From: Spirochaetia bacterium
Lineage (GTDB): Bacteria; Spirochaetota; Spirochaetia; UBA9216
Length of the DNA: 64,000 nucleotides
Reading direction: 5' to 3'
Assembly (NCBI GenBank): GCA_963675665.1
Contig: OY776510.1
Location: 864,001-928,000, forward strand
Shown here: positions 60,074 to 64,000 of the stretch, piece after piece
Position numbering within the stretch: the first letter of the stretch is position 1
Layout: each line of letters begins with the position of its first letter
The notes under the pieces: generated by a model
Seen by the model: the letters and a program-made list of their open reading frames with translations, nothing else
Databases searched by the model: none
What the model was told of the DNA's origin: nothing
Translations under genes and position numbers: made by a program

Positions 60074-60102
60074 TTGACAAGCAGCATCCGGTTATGTAAT
60101 AT
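60074..60102 (+). promoter_or_regulatory. Sigma70 promoter of tRNA-Leu
   Basis: TTGACA-17nt-TAATAT. Confidence 0.8.
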
Positions 60103-60113
60103 AGCTCCACAGT

Positions 60114-60197
60114 GCCCAGGTGGTGAAATTGGTAGACACGCTAGGTTCAGGGTCTAGTGTCCGTGCGGATGTGCTGGTTCGAGTCCAGTTCTGGGCA
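60114..60197 (+). tRNA. tRNA-Leu(CAG)
   Basis: GCCCAGG/TCTGGGC acceptor stem, anticodon loop TTCAGGG, long variable arm, GGTTCGAGTCC T arm; CCA not encoded. Confidence 0.95.
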
Positions 60198-60360
60198 AAA
60201 AAAGACAAGCTTGCAATGCGGGCTTGTCTTTTTTTGTATCAGGAAGAACTGGCGAGATCCGTAGGAGCGGCGCGAAAACCTGGAGCGCAAATCGACAGGA
60301 CGTCGATTTAGTGACGAAGGCGGCCTGGAAGGAGCAAACAGGAAGTTTGCGACAGGAAGG

Positions 60361-60380
60361 CGAGTCCAGTTCTGGGCAAA
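60361..60380 (+). repeat. 20-bp duplication of the tRNA-Leu 3' end
   Basis: CGAGTCCAGTTCTGGGCAAA identical to 60180-60199. Confidence 0.9.
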
Positions 60381-60714
60381 TATAAACTCTTATGGGGTAA
60401 GAGATTAGGACGATTTCAGATGAAATCGTCTTTTTTTATTTAGGCGTCATTTTGGGACTGACGCCAGTATTGACTGCGAAGCAGCACCGCAGGTACGCCA
60501 ATTGAAATGTGATTACTCGGATTGAATGGGGTAAAGTTGCGCCATTACAGTGCTCTTATATTAGGTAATCTTTAATTCGGTTATAAAGGATTTCGCCATT
60601 GCCGCGTCCTTCCTCATGGGTAGATAGGCATAAAAAGTTGATACTATCATCTTTAAGTTTTTGAAAAACAATCCCGTCCATTATTTTTTTACACCCTTAA
60701 GCACTTGATCGATA

Positions 60715-61728
60715 TTAATGATGGTGTAAATCCGATAATACCGGCAGTTTCCTGATATTACCGGAACATTTTTCTATTTCTGCATCGGGGATCTTGTCTA
60801 TTCCTTGGTGCATTCTTTGATTATTGTAATAGCAAACAAATTCTGAGACGATTTTCTTGATCTGTTTCTCCGAGAATAGAAGGAAATGATCCAGAGCCTC
60901 TCGCCTGATTGTTCCTACCAGCCGTTCGACATGAGAATTCATATTCGGAGCAGCGGTACTGATGTTAACACCCTCAATATCATACCAGCTGTAATCAATG
61001 GAGGTAAATTGAGGTGTATTATCAAATATCAGTGTTTTGGGTTCATCGTTGTCATAAGTGAAATCTATTATTTGCTGTCGTACAAGCACCCTACTTGGAT
61101 TCTCTGTAAGACTCCATTTCACGATTTTCCTTGATTCCAGCTCTATTATTAGTAGAAGATATAGCCTCTTTCCCAAGAGTGTATCAATCGTCATAAAATC
61201 CATTGCGAATAAGGAATCCCAGTTCAGTTTGAGGAACTATTTCCAGGAACCATTCGGGTGAATCAACCCTTGCTTCCTGAAAGTGCTGATAATTCTGTTC
61301 ACAGTGGTGTAATGAATATCAATATTGATTTTCTTTAGTTCGTTAGCAATCTTTTTGCAACCCCAGAGATAGTTTTCCTGTTTCATCTCAAGAATCAGAT
61401 TTTTGATGTCCCTGGTAACAGGTCTTCTTCCGGGCGCTTTATGCTTGAAACTCCAGTAATTTTTAATGAACTTTCGTTGCCAACTCAGAAGAGTTTGAGG
61501 CTTTACTATTGTCAGATGATTCATTGCTCTTGCTGATCGAGCTATAATCAGTGCAAGACAGAACTTATCGCTTTTCCGGAAAAGCAGCTTCTTGTTCTTC
61601 AGATTGAGATGTCGCTTATAAATCTCATTTTCCTTTTTGAGGAGCAGCATTGTGAAGATGATATTCTTTCTTTTGCGGAATATGGTATTGAATATAGAAG
61701 CAAGTAGAGAGCATAAGAAGTTGAACAT
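60715..61728 (-). pseudogene. Integrase-core (rve) domain transposase with internal stop
   Basis: Two track ORFs are in one frame separated by TAG at 61237-61239; WGCKKI, AMDF, MNSHVERLVGTIRREALD, YYNNQRMHQG. Confidence 0.85.
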
Positions 61729-61975
61729 GATTTGAATATATCCAGGGTTTGTAATGAGGTAAATTTACCATATTAAAACAGGTTTCAGTGCCCGGAAAAA
61801 AAAATAACCTAAGAGGTTTTAATGTAGAAAAATTTCCATATTATCCTAAAAAGCCACAGGACGGGTGTTGAATATCGATGTAAGTAGAGAGTATAGGAAG
61901 CTGGACATGATTTTATTTTATCTAGGATTTGTAATGTGGTAAATTTACCAGATTAAAACATCTTTCTGTACCTGT
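61684..61975. repeat. Degenerate ~110-bp direct repeat of the transposase promoter/5' end
   Basis: ~61684-61790 aligns by eye with ~61864-61975; both have GGTAAATTTACC palindrome and -35/-10/ATG. Confidence 0.75.
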
Positions 61976-62033
61976 ATAAGAAAAACTAACCCACGACTTT
62001 TGGCGTTAATTTATTGTCAGTACGAGCATAAAA

Positions 62034-62363
62034 TTAATTCAATTCTTTGATTTTATGAATAATTTCAGGAATTGTTTTTGTTACTGTAATCCAGACTATT
62101 TCAGGATCAACAACGTCATATCCATGAATTAATCTATCTCTCATTCCTGCCATAGCTTTCCAGGGGATTTCTGGGTTAGTATCTCTCAGGCTATCGGGAA
62201 GACGTTTTGTGGCTTCTCCAATTACTTCAAGACAACGAATTACCGCAAATTGTGTTTTATCATCTGTCTTGAATGATTGTAAAGTCTGGTCTTTTATGAA
62301 ATCCTGAGAAAGTTCCATGGATTTCACAATATCATTCAAATAATCCGAGAATTCTTCTTTCAT
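62034..62363 (-). CDS. HEPN (DUF86/HepT-like) ribonuclease toxin
   Basis: LEVIGEA, IPWKAMAGMRDRLIHGY (R-X4-H-X-Y). Confidence 0.92.
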   Translation of the reverse strand: MKEEFSDYLNDIVKSMELSQDFIKDQTLQSFKTDDKTQFAVIRCLEVIGEATKRLPDSLRDTNPEIPWKAMAGMRDRLIHGYDVVDPEIVWITVTKTIPEIIHKIKELN

Positions 62364-62656
62364 ATATACTGAACCTCTCGGAGAATGTGAGCTCCAATGG
62401 CAGGTTTTAAATCGGACTTAATTACTAAATCTACTTTTGTGTCCAATTCTTCAGAAAGCTGATTCTCTATCTCCAGCAACTCCAAGAGCCCTATAGTCGA
62501 AGGTCTTTTTATGTCTATCAGAATATCAATATCGCTTTTTGATGTTGCAGATCCTTTAATATAAGAACCGAAGATTCCGATCTCTAATATCCCATATTTT
62601 TCAAGTTGAGGTTTTTTGTGTGATAGATATGTTTTTATATCTGAAACATCTTTCAT
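62360..62656 (-). CDS. Minimal nucleotidyltransferase (MntA-like) antitoxin
   Basis: IFGSY...SDIDIL, KVDLV; 4-nt overlap with HEPN gene. Confidence 0.92.
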   Translation of the reverse strand: MKDVSDIKTYLSHKKPQLEKYGILEIGIFGSYIKGSATSKSDIDILIDIKRPSTIGLLELLEIENQLSEELDTKVDLVIKSDLKPAIGAHILREVQYI

Positions 62657-62859
62657 CTTTCTTTAACCTGCTATTAGAATAATATAGATCGGAAAAAAAA
62701 GGAATAACAAAAACCGCTATCGAATTTATCGACTATCGACGCCGATACCGACGCCTTTATTAGATAAACCCAGAAGGCTTATATGAAAAACTTACCACAT
62801 AAGCTCTTCTTATGCTGCTAAATACAGCACTATATGAACTACATAAGGACACAGACTGA

Positions 62860-62958
62860 GTTCAGGGTCTAGTGTCCGTGCGGACAACGTTAAACCCTAT
62901 TGTCTAACCCTAAAAGTTGCACCGAAGGTATGTGCTGGTTCGAGTCCTGTTCTGGGCA
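62860..62958 (+). repeat. attR-like 3' half of tRNA-Leu interrupted by 46 nt
   Basis: 62860-62884 matches anticodon loop through variable arm; 62931-62958 matches T arm and acceptor with one mismatch. Confidence 0.88.
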
Positions 62959-63211
62959 TCTTAACTCCTTACAATGTAAGGAGTTGTTTTTTTATAAAAA
63001 CAGTGGTTTTTTAAAAGCTGGTTTTTATGCAAAAAAGTGCCTCAGAATAAAACTTCAGAATTCCCACTAATTGTATAGATGCAAATAATTAGGGGGAAAC
63101 ATGAAAAGTCTATATTGTTTAAAAAAACGAAAGCCTCAAACTGTCTGGTATTATAAGCTGCAGCACGTCCCGAAGTTTAATTCCGTCGATACAGATTTTA
63201 TGCACTGCTTT

Positions 63212-64000
63212 GAAATAGTGATGATGGATGCCTCCCAAAACAGATTCTTTCTGAATATTCCCGGTGGTTGAGATAATCTCTCCTGCCGGAATTCGTCCAA
63301 GTCCTTGATGCGGACGTTTTTCATTATAATAGGAAACATATTTCCTGATGATATTCCGAACTTGCTTCTCTGAAAAAAGCAAGAAGTGGTCCAAGGCCTC
63401 TCATCTGATACTGCCGATGACTCTTTTGGTATAGGCGATCATATTCGGAGCTGAGGTGCAGATATTAACTCACTTGATGTTGTACCAGCTGTATTCAATG
63501 GAGGTAAACTGAAGTGCATTATCTAAGATTAAAGTTTTATCCCCCGGAGTATCTTCTGTAAACAGCTCAATCCGTTTCTTGACAAACTCTCGACAAGGGT
63601 TCTCAGTTAAATCATACCGGATTATCCTTCTGGATTTTAGTTCAAGGATGATGAACAAGTAGAATCGTTTACTAAATAAAGTGTTAATCATGGCAAAGTC
63701 CATGCCGTATAAAGAATCCCAGTGGGTTTTCAGGAACCGAAGCCAGCTACCATTGGATTGAATCATTCCTTGCTTTCTAAAGGTCTGAATAATTTTATTT
63801 ACTGACGTATGATGAATATTGATGTTCAATTTCTTAAGCTCATCGGAGATTCTTCTGCATCCCCATAATGGATTGTCAGTTTTCATTTCCCGAATCAGCT
63901 TCTTGAGTTTGGCAGGTACTGGTTTCCACCCCCGTTTCTTGTGCTTAAAAGTCCATCGTTTTTTGATAAATCGGCTCTGCCATTTAAGGAGAGTTTCCGG
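63212..64000 (-). pseudogene. Second integrase-core (rve) transposase remnant, 5' end outside window
   Basis: Paralog of 60715-61728 (WGCRRI, GMDF, YYNEKRPHQG, GIHHHY) with two in-frame TGA stops near 63470 and 63402; 3' end approximate. Confidence 0.82.

Larger units (their letters stand above)
60198..62958. mobile_element. Small tRNA-Leu-integrated island (no integrase inside)
   Basis: Bounded by tRNA-Leu and a 3'-half tRNA copy at 62860-62958; AT-richer; carries TA pair and transposase remnant. Confidence 0.7.

Noticed and set aside
60140-60160. TCA in the anticodon loop suggesting tRNA-Sec or a suppressor
   Set aside because: The 7-nt loop TTCAGGG centres on CAG and the body is a normal tRNA-Leu
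60120-60311. 63-aa ORF in the track
   Set aside because: Overlaps the tRNA gene and its terminator
61237-61239. Programmed TAG read-through in the transposase
   Set aside because: The gene also stops early at its 3' end and the paralog has different stops; decay is simpler
62860-62958. Intron-containing or split tRNA gene
   Set aside because: No 5' half upstream, insert far too short for a group I intron and not in the anticodon loop

Overview
64 kb of bacterial chromosome, most likely a free-living anaerobic spirochaete (inferred from gene content and order, not from a search). Mostly housekeeping: two cation-chloride-cotransporter-like permeases, MATE, avtA, feoAB, deoD, gpmI, pepD, fprA, purL/purQ, lysA, hisA/hisE, uvrC, a long lptC-lptA-lptB-rpoN-hpf-hprK-ptsH-(unannotated gene)-ntrY/ntrX-like-lexA-holA run, cheR/cheB and ymdB. 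The most striking structure is at 29413-30942: an IS110-family (IS1111-like) element sits exactly in the lysA Shine-Dalgarno sequence, carries an upstream non-coding region whose two loops match the donor junction and an SD+start-codon target (bridge/seek RNA architecture), and is joined in tandem to a ~140 bp transposase-less mini-element with the same ends. Also seen: a promoter- and terminator-bounded ~210 nt structured RNA candidate after uvrC, a gene apparently starting with ACG, many leaderless-type gene starts, an AAA ATPase/vWA-peptidase/small-protein triad, and a tRNA-Leu(CAG) integration hotspot with two partial tRNA copies, a MNT-HEPN toxin-antitoxin pair and decayed integrase-core transposases. 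All product calls come from motif recognition by eye.
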